From positions 1 to 64,000 of IMG/VR virus record IMGVR_UViG_3300021185_001145: DNA of 64,000 bases; one strand, given 5' to 3'. The notes under the pieces were generated by a model. It was not told the origin of the DNA, made no database searches, and worked only from the letters and a program-made list of their open reading frames with translations. Source of the DNA: a virus. This document shows positions 8,728-16,931 of the stretch, piece by piece. The position numbers were made by a program, and so were the translations under genes. Position 1 is the stretch's first letter; each line of letters starts with the position of its first letter.

Positions 8728-9408
8728 TTATTTTATAGCAATCGCACCCACAAACAGATGATTTTGCCAAAATGTCTGAACACTGCTAAAACCAGCATAT
8801 TCAAGCATTTCATTCAATTCAGACCATGTATTTGGCTTTAACATGTTGCGTAACGTCTGTTCTTTGTTCATAATATCTTCTGCGTTGAAACTCTCACGCT
8901 TATGGTCATAGAACATGAATGTCAGTATATCTTGCACTTTAGGAGAGCAAGAATATGTCTTCTCTGCAAAGATAAACGCACCACCCGGATTGAGTGCTTC
9001 ATATACGTTATTCAACACTTCTTGTCTATCTTTGCGTGGCATGAACTGTAGTGTAAAGATTGAAGTGACTAAAGACGCATTGTGCATATGAACATCACGC
9101 ACATCTTCGAAACGCAATTCTAGGTCGTCAACTTCATGCTTACGCATTCTCTCATCCATCGCTTCTTTGAAGCCATCTGCCATTTCAAAACCGACATAAT
9201 GAGCATGTGGCGCAAATGTATTTTGCTCAATCATTGCACCTAGTGTCTTGCCTGTAGAACAACCCAAATCATATACGTTTGTATCGTCCTCAACAAAATA
9301 TTTTGACATCTTAACAATGTCATCGTGTAGTACAGAATACCCACGAATTGATTGGTCTATGTGATTATCGAAACCCTCTTCACGGTGTGCAAAAGTAAAA
9401 TCAGCCAT
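8728..9408 (-). CDS. cmoA: CmoA-like carboxy-S-adenosylmethionine synthase (class I SAM fold)
   Basis: FTF...FDNHIDQSIRGY...NVYDLGCSTG...DVRDV...NASLVTSIFTLQF...LNPGGAFIFAEK is colinear with E. coli CmoA as recalled (WTFD...FPDMIQRSVPGY...QVYDLGCSLG...NASMVVLNFTLQF...LNPGGALVLSEK). Confidence 0.85.
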   Translation of the reverse strand: MADFTFAHREEGFDNHIDQSIRGYSVLHDDIVKMSKYFVEDDTNVYDLGCSTGKTLGAMIEQNTFAPHAHYVGFEMADGFKEAMDERMRKHEVDDLELRFEDVRDVHMHNASLVTSIFTLQFMPRKDRQEVLNNVYEALNPGGAFIFAEKTYSCSPKVQDILTFMFYDHKRESFNAEDIMNKEQTLRNMLKPNTWSELNEMLEYAGFSSVQTFWQNHLFVGAIAIK

Positions 9409-10540
9409 TATTGTATCCCTTCAAAACGTTTTCATAAATGCTAGTTGCAACTGCTTTATACATCAATGGAGCAACTGCACGACCAAGACGCTCTACCTGA
9501 GCATCAAATTCACCTGTCAAAATAAAGTCTTCTGGGAAACCCATCAGACGTTTACACTCTTTAATAGTCAACTTACGATTTGCTTCTGGGTGAAATACAC
9601 CAGACATTCCTCGCTTCTGACCTTGCTGAGTTAGTGTTGGAGATGGCATATCTGGACAAGGGCGTATCATGTTGAAACAACTTGCCTTTGGATTCCATTC
9701 TCTAAACTGTGGGTCACTCGGTTTTGTATGTTTCTTTGGGTTGAACGGAAGAGGTGTGATAAACTTCTTCTGATATGAACCCTCAACAAAATCAAGTAAC
9801 ATCTGAACTTCTTCTTCATCATTCTCAATATCTGCTAGTGCTTCACGCATTGAAATATGCTTGTCGATTGTAGGGGCAGGAAAGATGTTATGCAAGTTTA
9901 AAAAAGACAAACCAACTTTATCTGCTACATCTTCACGCACACAAATAAAGATTGTACGTTCTCTTGCTTGAGGTACGCCATAGTTTGCACCATTCAAAAC
10001 TTCGTATGTAACATTGTAACCAATTGCCTCAAACGCATTGATAAACGCATTCAGTTTACTTTTTGCTTCACCAAATGTGATACCCTTGACGTTCTCTGCA
10101 ACAATTACTTTCGGTTGAATACCTTCTGCAATACGAATGAATTCATAGAACAAATCTTCGATTGCAACTTGCTTCTTTCCGTCAGAGTAACTTTTCTCTT
10201 TACCCCAACCTTTTTCTCGCTTACCAGCAACGGAGAAAGCAGAACAAGGGGGAGACCCATCAAGTATGTCGAGTTCGCCCTTTTGTACTCCTGCCATGCT
10301 AAGGAAGTCTTCTGCGCTGTATTTCTTAATGTCATCAACTAGAACTTTCGTATCGGGAAAGTTTGCAGTGTATGTTTCAACAGCGGCTTCTACAAACTCA
10401 TTAATCAGTAATATGTCTGAACCTGCTAGACGATACCCCAATGAAGAACCGCCACCACCAGCAAAACAACTGATAGTAGTGAACTTCTTTTGAGATGAAA
10501 GTGCTTTCACATCATCAACATTATATTTTTCATATCTCAT
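9401..10540 (-). CDS. DNA cytosine-C5 methyltransferase-family enzyme, predicted carboxymethyltransferase
   Basis: Motif I FAGGGG, IV GSPPCSAFS, VI ENVKG, VIII QARER, IX RKLTIKECKRLMGFP, X GRAV (canonical GN[A/S]V). Overlaps the cmoA start by 8 nt. Confidence 0.92.
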   Translation of the reverse strand: MRYEKYNVDDVKALSSQKKFTTISCFAGGGGSSLGYRLAGSDILLINEFVEAAVETYTANFPDTKVLVDDIKKYSAEDFLSMAGVQKGELDILDGSPPCSAFSVAGKREKGWGKEKSYSDGKKQVAIEDLFYEFIRIAEGIQPKVIVAENVKGITFGEAKSKLNAFINAFEAIGYNVTYEVLNGANYGVPQARERTIFICVREDVADKVGLSFLNLHNIFPAPTIDKHISMREALADIENDEEEVQMLLDFVEGSYQKKFITPLPFNPKKHTKPSDPQFREWNPKASCFNMIRPCPDMPSPTLTQQGQKRGMSGVFHPEANRKLTIKECKRLMGFPEDFILTGEFDAQVERLGRAVAPLMYKAVATSIYENVLKGYNNG

Positions 10541-10572
10541 ATTTTATACACTTTTCTACGGTTATTTAAAGT

Positions 10573-10601
10573 ATAGTAACACACTTTTCTGCGGTTGTCA
10601 A
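10573..10601 (-). promoter_or_regulatory. Sigma70-type promoter for the MTase-cmoA pair
   Basis: TTGACA-17-TACTAT with extended TGn; the -35 overlaps the upstream gene's TGA. Confidence 0.8.
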
Positions 10602-11410
10602 GCAAAAAGTGAAGGAGTTGCAGAATAATTTACATAGTCTCTAACCAAGTCCATGGTTCTACCCCTATTGCGATAGTTCAATTCTTTGTCTTCAAGCAAC
10701 TGTTCGAAATACTCAGGAATACCAGCAACCAACTGTAGATTAGCATGTTTACGCTTTTTGGGTAGTTTTTCGAATTCTTCATATGCTTCGATAATTGGTG
10801 CTTTCTGATATGGCTTGTTAAAGAAATCGTGGTCGTACCGCATCATCCACTCTTTCACACTTTCACGCACATAAGGTGCGACTAAGTTCGCTTCTATCTC
10901 TTCACACAACTGTTCTTGCTGTAGAATGCCAGCAGGATTCTCTGCACCAAAGTAATCATTGCGAAACTTATCAAACAACTCTTTCGTATGCTTGAAGTGA
11001 ATGTTTGCACGTTTTGATACACCATACCAACCATCTGCGGCAACACCAGACAATACATGCTTCTCTTTAATATGAGGATAAACATAAAGAAACGGGAATG
11101 TACATTCTACATGTGTCTTCTTCTTACAGTCATAGTAACGCATCAGACGCAAGAAATCATCTTTCACATTATTGACTGGTACATCAATCTCATGGTGATT
11201 CCAACCATATATCTCAGCCGCTTCTTTCGCCGCTAAACTATCGACTGTTTCTTGACCATTCACATACATCGTATATGTGTGTACGTTTTTTCCTAAACGC
11301 ATTGCAGAAAATGCACAAGTCAAACTATCGACACCACCAGACATTAAAACAGCAACGTCTTTTCCAGGTGCTTCATCTTCTACTATTTTTGTTATTAAAT
11401 CATCAATCAT
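10598..11410 (-). CDS. Asparagine-synthetase-like PP-loop ATP-dependent amide ligase lacking the glutaminase domain
   Basis: VAVLMSGGVDS (PP-loop) and VLSGVAADGWYG (cf. AsnB VLSGEGADELFGGY); only 270 aa, with no N-terminal Ntn domain. Confidence 0.82.
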   Translation of the reverse strand: MIDDLITKIVEDEAPGKDVAVLMSGGVDSLTCAFSAMRLGKNVHTYTMYVNGQETVDSLAAKEAAEIYGWNHHEIDVPVNNVKDDFLRLMRYYDCKKKTHVECTFPFLYVYPHIKEKHVLSGVAADGWYGVSKRANIHFKHTKELFDKFRNDYFGAENPAGILQQEQLCEEIEANLVAPYVRESVKEWMMRYDHDFFNKPYQKAPIIEAYEEFEKLPKKRKHANLQLVAGIPEYFEQLLEDKELNYRNRGRTMDLVRDYVNYSATPSLFA

Positions 11411-11814
11411 TTTATTTTACTTACTTGTACGCCACTACGCAATAAGAACTGAATGCCCTCATCTGTCTTGTAGTGGTCTCTATAATATACAGTATCAATA
11501 CCTGCTTGATATATCAACTTAGCACAGTCAATGCATGGTGATGCTGTGCAGAATAAAATTGCGTCATCTGCGCTATCGTTTCCTCTTGCAATCTTTGTAA
11601 TTGCATTTGCTTCTGCATGTAGCACTTCTTTTTTTGTGTTACCATCTTCATCTTCACATACATTAGACCAACCAGCAGGCATACCGTTGTATCCAATAGA
11701 AATAATTCTATCGTCTTTCACAACAACACAACCCACTTTAAGACGTTCCGCAGAAGATAACTGTGCGTACACTTCTGCGGCGTCCATATGCGCTTTAATG
11801 AATTTGCTCTTCAC
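11407..11814 (-). CDS. cd: dCMP deaminase
   Basis: KVGCVVVK..RIISIGYNG, HAEANAI, PCIDC zinc motifs. Probable start is GTG at 11814 (GAGG upstream) rather than 11841. Confidence 0.93.
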   Translation of the reverse strand: MKSKFIKAHMDAAEVYAQLSSAERLKVGCVVVKDDRIISIGYNGMPAGWSNVCEDEDGNTKKEVLHAEANAITKIARGNDSADDAILFCTASPCIDCAKLIYQAGIDTVYYRDHYKTDEGIQFLLRSGVQVSKIK

Positions 11815-12196
11815 TATCTGCGCCCTCTTCTGCATCTTCAATCTGCATTTGCTCTAATGCCTCTGCTGGCATTTCTTCATACAACTCTTGGTTCTTATGC
11901 CAGACGTTGAATACGCTTTGAACATCTTCTTCACGGTGCGTTGTGGAATCAGCAAGTTCATCGTATACTTTTTTCTCATACTCACCGAACTTTGGGTTCA
12001 TCCACATGTGAATATCTTCGCCAGTTGCCATATCAGTTACTTCAACGAATACGACTTCTTGTGTCTCTAAAACGAACACTGCGGTCATTGCGTCATCGAA
12101 CTGAAGAACCCAGGAATCACCAAAGTCTTCAAATAAGAATGGTCCGCCTTCGACAATGCGTAGACCTGTTGCTTCAATTAGTTGTTGAAAATTCAT
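11795..12196 (-). CDS. Hypothetical acidic protein
   Basis: 133-aa ORF in frame with the operon, GGAG SD; no motif recognised. Confidence 0.75.
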   Translation of the reverse strand: MNFQQLIEATGLRIVEGGPFLFEDFGDSWVLQFDDAMTAVFVLETQEVVFVEVTDMATGEDIHMWMNPKFGEYEKKVYDELADSTTHREEDVQSVFNVWHKNQELYEEMPAEALEQMQIEDAEEGADSEEQIH

Positions 12197-12207
12197 AATA
12201 TCTCTCC

Positions 12208-12891
12208 TTAAATAAGTCTATGAATAGCGTACTGTTTACCAAGACGCTTGTTTCGTTTTTTCATTGCCATGTGTTTCTGTAAAGGTGAAACGAACTTCCA
12301 GAAAGGTTTACCTCTACTGAGTGCATAATTCTGAATGTAGTATCTACTCCATTCGTGTTGTACTCTTTCTCTATGCTCCTGATTAGAAACATCATAATAG
12401 ATAATGTCTGCAAATACTGGACGCTCAATATTCAAATACAACGCAGGATAACTTGCAGAAATCTCTCTACCTTTATGACCCTCATCAGATAACGCTTTAA
12501 TTTTAGAATTGATGAATGTCTCATACTCTGGTTCATCATCTGCACGTTGTTCAACAGGTTTTGGGTTTACAATGATAAAGAAATCATAATTGACACCCAC
12601 TTGTGATGCATGAATTGATGGACCGCTTCTGTTCTTTGACATTCTGAACAATACTTCAGCGAGTAAAGATGCTTCCATAACAAAAACAAAACCATCTTCC
12701 ATTTTCAATACAGGTGGTTTATCAAAAGGGTAATGAGCGCATGTTGTAAATGGCTTCATATTCTTTTTATCCAAATCAGTCTTAAAAGAAAAATACTTCA
12801 TAAGTTTCTCTACGTCAGGAACTTGTTGAACACTCTTCATCATTTCAGCGACTTCTTTACGCTCTTCTTTTACTTGTTCTACTTCACTCAT
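12208..12891 (-). CDS. Peptide deformylase-fold protein with degenerate catalytic motifs
   Basis: GPSIHASQVG (cf. GxGxAAxQxG), FINSKI (cf. INPxI), EISASYP (cf. EGCLSxP), ERP, IQNYALSRG (cf. QHExDHLxG); coupled to gp46. Confidence 0.7.
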   Translation of the reverse strand: MSEVEQVKEERKEVAEMMKSVQQVPDVEKLMKYFSFKTDLDKKNMKPFTTCAHYPFDKPPVLKMEDGFVFVMEASLLAEVLFRMSKNRSGPSIHASQVGVNYDFFIIVNPKPVEQRADDEPEYETFINSKIKALSDEGHKGREISASYPALYLNIERPVFADIIYYDVSNQEHRERVQHEWSRYYIQNYALSRGKPFWKFVSPLQKHMAMKKRNKRLGKQYAIHRLI

Positions 12892-14600
12892 TTTGCAATC
12901 CTCGAATAATTTTTCACTTTCTCAAATTGAATGACACTGTGAAATTTGTCAAACAATTGGTCACCTTTGTGTGAGATAACAAACACATTAGTATCATTAC
13001 TTAGGGTGTCTAAAATCTTCATAAATTCTTCAGTACCACCCCCATCAAGCGAACTATCGAAAACTTCATCAAGTATCAGAAGGTTTGTATTTACTGAATT
13101 TTTCATCTTAGCAACTGAGCGCCATGTGAAAAGTAATGCTAAATCAATACGCATCTTTTCGCCCTCAGAGAAACTATCATAGGAAAAATCATCTCTATGG
13201 CGAGACTTGATAGTTTCATTAAATGCTTCATCAAGTTCAAACTGAACAAAGAAATCCATGCTAGATAGATACTTGTTGACCAGTTTGTTGATGATAGGTA
13301 GATACTGTCGAATAATCTTTGTCTTAATACCAGTATCTTTCAACAGTGTTGCCGCATGGTTTTGAACATACTGTTGGTCAATCAACTTCTCTTTTGCTGT
13401 AGAAAGTATCTGAATATTCTTCTTCAACTTATCAATCTGACCAGCATCATTCTCTTTAGTCTCTTCAGTCAGTAGTGTATTCAACTCTTTCTGCAATTTA
13501 GAAATGTATTTTTGAAGACCACTGATACTAGACTGTTCAACCGATATGTCTTGGTTAAGAGTAGAGATTTTACTTTGAACATCAGCAATAATAGAAAGAC
13601 GTTCTTCAGTCTCTTTCATCTTACTTTTTAGTTCAGGTAATGCACTTTCAACATTTGTAATGCGTTCTTGAAAATCGCTTACTTTTGACACTTTGAATTG
13701 TTCATCAATGTTTTGGTCACATGTTGGACAATGCTCATTCTCTTCATAGAATGAAATTTCTTCTTGGTGCTTCGTTACTGTTCTGTTAAGTTTTTTACGC
13801 ATTTCTGACAAGTCTCGCAACAATTTGTCTTGCTTTGCTTTGTCTGTGATTGTGTCTGACAATTCTCGGACTTCTTCATGTAGTACATCGACCTGCGCCT
13901 CATGGCTTGCGATTGCGCTACTTGATGCGGTAATTTCCTCATTAGACTGCTTCACCTTTTCTGCTTTGTCGGTTTCAAGGGTTTCAATGTAATCAGTCTG
14001 TAGACGTAACTTCTCTCTTGTTAAGTCTAGGTTATAATTACAATCAATCAAGTCCTGCTTTACTTTACCTGCACGACTTTTTAACAGTGAATTCATTACA
14101 CTGAAAATTTCAATATCAAGTAGGTTCTCAATAACTTCTCTTCGGTTTGATGCAGACAATTGCATGAATGGCGTAAACGATGCAGAACCAAGAATAATTA
14201 CTTGTGTGAACGACTTGTAGTTTAGTTTGAGAATAGTCTTCTCTAACATCTCTTGTTGGTCACGATTGTTTGCATTTTCATCAACAGGAATACCGTTGAC
14301 TTCAATCTCAAAGATATTCTTTTTGATACCTCTACGAACAAGATATTCTTTGCGACCAATACTAAATTCTGCTTCAACCAAAGCACCATTACCATTGATA
14401 CTATTAATCAACTGACCCTTACTAATCTTACGAAAGGGTTTACCAAACAGAGCAAAAGTCAACGCATCTAAAATGGTCGACTTACCAGCACCGTTGTTGC
14501 CAACGATAAGTGTATTGGGTGAGCGGTCAAACTGAACTTCTGTAAAGGCGTTGCCAGTTGACAGAAAGTTCTTCCAGCGGATACTTTTAAACTTAATCAT
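12888..14600 (-). CDS. gp46: Recombination nuclease ATPase subunit (Rad50/SbcC-like)
   Basis: GNNGAGKST, zinc hook CPTC, signature FSEGEK, LILDEVFDSSLD, SH switch. Confidence 0.97.
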   Translation of the reverse strand: MIKFKSIRWKNFLSTGNAFTEVQFDRSPNTLIVGNNGAGKSTILDALTFALFGKPFRKISKGQLINSINGNGALVEAEFSIGRKEYLVRRGIKKNIFEIEVNGIPVDENANNRDQQEMLEKTILKLNYKSFTQVIILGSASFTPFMQLSASNRREVIENLLDIEIFSVMNSLLKSRAGKVKQDLIDCNYNLDLTREKLRLQTDYIETLETDKAEKVKQSNEEITASSSAIASHEAQVDVLHEEVRELSDTITDKAKQDKLLRDLSEMRKKLNRTVTKHQEEISFYEENEHCPTCDQNIDEQFKVSKVSDFQERITNVESALPELKSKMKETEERLSIIADVQSKISTLNQDISVEQSSISGLQKYISKLQKELNTLLTEETKENDAGQIDKLKKNIQILSTAKEKLIDQQYVQNHAATLLKDTGIKTKIIRQYLPIINKLVNKYLSSMDFFVQFELDEAFNETIKSRHRDDFSYDSFSEGEKMRIDLALLFTWRSVAKMKNSVNTNLLILDEVFDSSLDGGGTEEFMKILDTLSNDTNVFVISHKGDQLFDKFHSVIQFEKVKNYSRIAK

Positions 14601-15673
14601 ATTTTATCAATACTCATTGCCTCTTGATACAAATTACGCATCAAAGAATTTAACTTTCCTTTGTCAGCATCAATTTCAAGACCATCAATATACTTACCTA
14701 AGATAGTCATTGTATCTTCTGCTTCATTCACCATGTCATCGTCTTCTAACTCATCCATGTTCATATGGTCTTCGACAATCGACATTTGTGCAGGATTGCA
14801 CTGATATAACTGGTCGACAAACATATCAAACCAGTATGGGTTGTTCTTCGATTGAACTACCACTTTCAATTGTTTACCAGTATACTCTAAAATTTTGTCT
14901 TTGTCAAGTTCTAATTCGGTAAATTCTTCGACTGAACTATCGTTGTAGAAGACTTTGTGGAACATGCGGTACGGATTTCTGATAAATTCGAGGTTGCGAG
15001 TATCAGTATCAAACACATGGAAGCCACGATAATCATTGTAGTCTGACCAAGTGAGTTCGTATGGATTGCCCAAATAATGTATGCGCCCATCATCACTTTT
15101 ATGATGATAGTGACCTGTAAATACTGTGTCATAACGATTGAACAGAGATTTATCCATTCCGTGGTCATTCTCAAAACCTTTCATCATAGCAAACCCAGAC
15201 AACTCTAGGTGACCCATGAGAATATCTGCTTTTGCTGTTTCAATAAAATCAATGCTGTCTGTATAATTACCAGAGCAAATCCAAGGTAGCATAGCGATGG
15301 GCGTACCATCAAACTCTACAATCTGTGCTTCAGGATATGTGATGATATTGCTATAATCACTCAGCAACAAATCAGGCGAATTGATTTCGTTTGTGTTTTT
15401 ATAATAGGTGTCGTGGTTACCAATCAGAGTATGTACTTGTACATTACGTTCTGCTAGTGGGTCAAACCACATCTTCTTTGCACGTTCAAGTGTTGCAAAG
15501 TTTACATATTTACGTCTATCGAATGTATCACCGAGGTCAATGATTGTATCAATATTATTTTCATCAATAAACGGAATAACGATGTTAGAATAAAACTCTT
15601 CGTAATAATCTAAAAATGCTACACTATCATTCCTAGCACCAAAGTGCTGGTCTGTAATCAGTAGTAGTTTCAT
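14597..15673 (-). CDS. gp47: Recombination nuclease subunit (Mre11/SbcD-like)
   Basis: TDQHFG, LGDTFD, GNHD, GHLE, GHYH metallophosphoesterase motifs. Confidence 0.97.
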   Translation of the reverse strand: MKLLLITDQHFGARNDSVAFLDYYEEFYSNIVIPFIDENNIDTIIDLGDTFDRRKYVNFATLERAKKMWFDPLAERNVQVHTLIGNHDTYYKNTNEINSPDLLLSDYSNIITYPEAQIVEFDGTPIAMLPWICSGNYTDSIDFIETAKADILMGHLELSGFAMMKGFENDHGMDKSLFNRYDTVFTGHYHHKSDDGRIHYLGNPYELTWSDYNDYRGFHVFDTDTRNLEFIRNPYRMFHKVFYNDSSVEEFTELELDKDKILEYTGKQLKVVVQSKNNPYWFDMFVDQLYQCNPAQMSIVEDHMNMDELEDDDMVNEAEDTMTILGKYIDGLEIDADKGKLNSLMRNLYQEAMSIDKI

Positions 15674-16269
15674 TATTCTTCACCTTTGTCTTCACCATTA
15701 ATCAATCTCTCTGCTTCTTGCTCTTCAAGCAGTTTTTCAATACCACGCTTCTTACGCTTTTCATTCTTCTTGCGCTTAGTTTCTTCGTAGTCGCCAATGA
15801 AAGATTCCATATGACCATTAGAAATATAGTGAATTTCATCTAAGTCATCACTATGTTCACTCAACTCAGCAAGTTCACCAAAGATGCTTGCTTTTTCAGT
15901 TGCTTTGTACTTGATATATGTCTGTCTTTTTTCTTTTTGAATACGTCTAATGTATGCATAGTAAATGATTTGCGTAAAATATGCAAACGGATTATTAGAT
16001 TTTTCTGGATTAAAATTGTCTATGTACGCCAGTGCGTTCTCAATTCCATCACTAATCATATCGTCTTTATATGTGTAATTCATAAAGTTTGGTCTATACG
16101 ATAGTCTTTGAGCGATAAGAAGAAAACACGAACCGATGTATTCTGTAACTCTAGGTCTTGGGTCACCACATGCTTCTGCTTCAAGAACCTTGTTGCGATA
16201 CTCAGTAAGCGCCTCAAGAAACTTCTTGTTGTCAACGTAGTGATTACTACTACTTTTCTTTTTTGTCAT
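15673..16269 (-). CDS. gp55: Late-transcription sigma factor
   Basis: NHYVDNKKFL...LSYRPNFMNYTYKDDMISDGIEN...NPFAYFTQI. Confidence 0.97.
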   Translation of the reverse strand: MTKKKSSSNHYVDNKKFLEALTEYRNKVLEAEACGDPRPRVTEYIGSCFLLIAQRLSYRPNFMNYTYKDDMISDGIENALAYIDNFNPEKSNNPFAYFTQIIYYAYIRRIQKEKRQTYIKYKATEKASIFGELAELSEHSDDLDEIHYISNGHMESFIGDYEETKRKKNEKRKKRGIEKLLEEQEAERLINGEDKGEE

Positions 16270-16345
16270 TAATTAAATACCTCATTTATTTGTCCTGTAT
16301 CAAGTGTCATTCACTTGCTCTTGGAAACAACTTTAACTGTGTACC

Positions 16346-16374
16346 ATCATACTACATGTTGATACAAATGTCAA
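16346..16374 (-). promoter_or_regulatory. Sigma70-type promoter for gp55-47-46
   Basis: TTGACA-17-TATGAT with A-rich upstream sequence. Confidence 0.8.
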
Positions 16375-16420
16375 GGGAATAATAGGATTAATTTATTTGG
16401 GAGGAAATACCAGGAAGTGC

Positions 16421-16449
16421 TTGACAAATCTCAGGAACCCTGTTATTAT
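16421..16449 (+). promoter_or_regulatory. Orphan antisense sigma70-type promoter
   Basis: TTGACA-17-TATTAT with extended TGn, followed by ACAGATGT; no plus-strand gene downstream. Confidence 0.7.
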
Positions 16450-16496
16450 ACAGATGTTGTCAATGATATGCATAGAAGTATTTAATGCTTAGTTGC

Positions 16497-16931
16497 TTAA
16501 TGAAATGTTTTATCTTTCATCTCTGCTAATGCTTCTAACTCTTCCAGCATTTCTAGTTCTTCGTCAGAGGGTCCGGACATCTCGTCTAACTTCTCACTTG
16601 AAGATTTGAAGTCAATCTCATCATCAGCATTCGACCACTTCTTCTGTACATTTATATAGTAGTCTTTAAATGACTGCATTGGGTTCACAACAGTAATCAG
16701 TGTGTCATAGTATATAGGGATATACTCATCAGCGGTAAATGGAATCCACGGAGTGACGCTCATCAATGAAGTCTCTGCGCTACGCCCAGTAATAACATTC
16801 ACTGCAAACACGTTCTTCCCAAACACAACAGAGTTACCGTTTGCGTCTTCTCCTTCAAACATGTCACAGATAACATCTTCCATGCTTACAAGTTTGAGTA
16901 TTTTAATACCGTGTGCTTTTGTAATTTTCAT
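16497..16931 (-). CDS. Conserved hypothetical protein (possibly Sm-like) between uvsW and gp55
   Basis: IKILKLVSMEDVIC...TPWIPF; occupies the usual position in marine T4-like phages; 4-nt overlap with uvsW. Confidence 0.75.
   Translation of the reverse strand: MKITKAHGIKILKLVSMEDVICDMFEGEDANGNSVVFGKNVFAVNVITGRSAETSLMSVTPWIPFTADEYIPIYYDTLITVVNPMQSFKDYYINVQKKWSNADDEIDFKSSSEKLDEMSGPSDEELEMLEELEALAEMKDKTFH

Noticed and set aside
8728-9408. CmoA as a tRNA-modification auxiliary gene
   Set aside because: No cmoB or tRNA genes in the window, and it overlaps a DNA MTase carrying a basic motif-X substitution. Not formally excluded without the rest of the genome.
10598-11410. QueC (7-cyano-7-deazaguanine synthase) assignment for the SGGVDS protein
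   Set aside because: It lacks the C-terminal Cys zinc cluster of QueC and has the AsnB-type VLSG..AD..(Y/F)G motif; no queD/queE/folE nearby.
16435-16463. Third TTGACA (minus strand, 16458-16463) as another promoter
   Set aside because: No -10 hexamer at 16-18 nt spacing; the nearby TATAAT is only 7 nt away.
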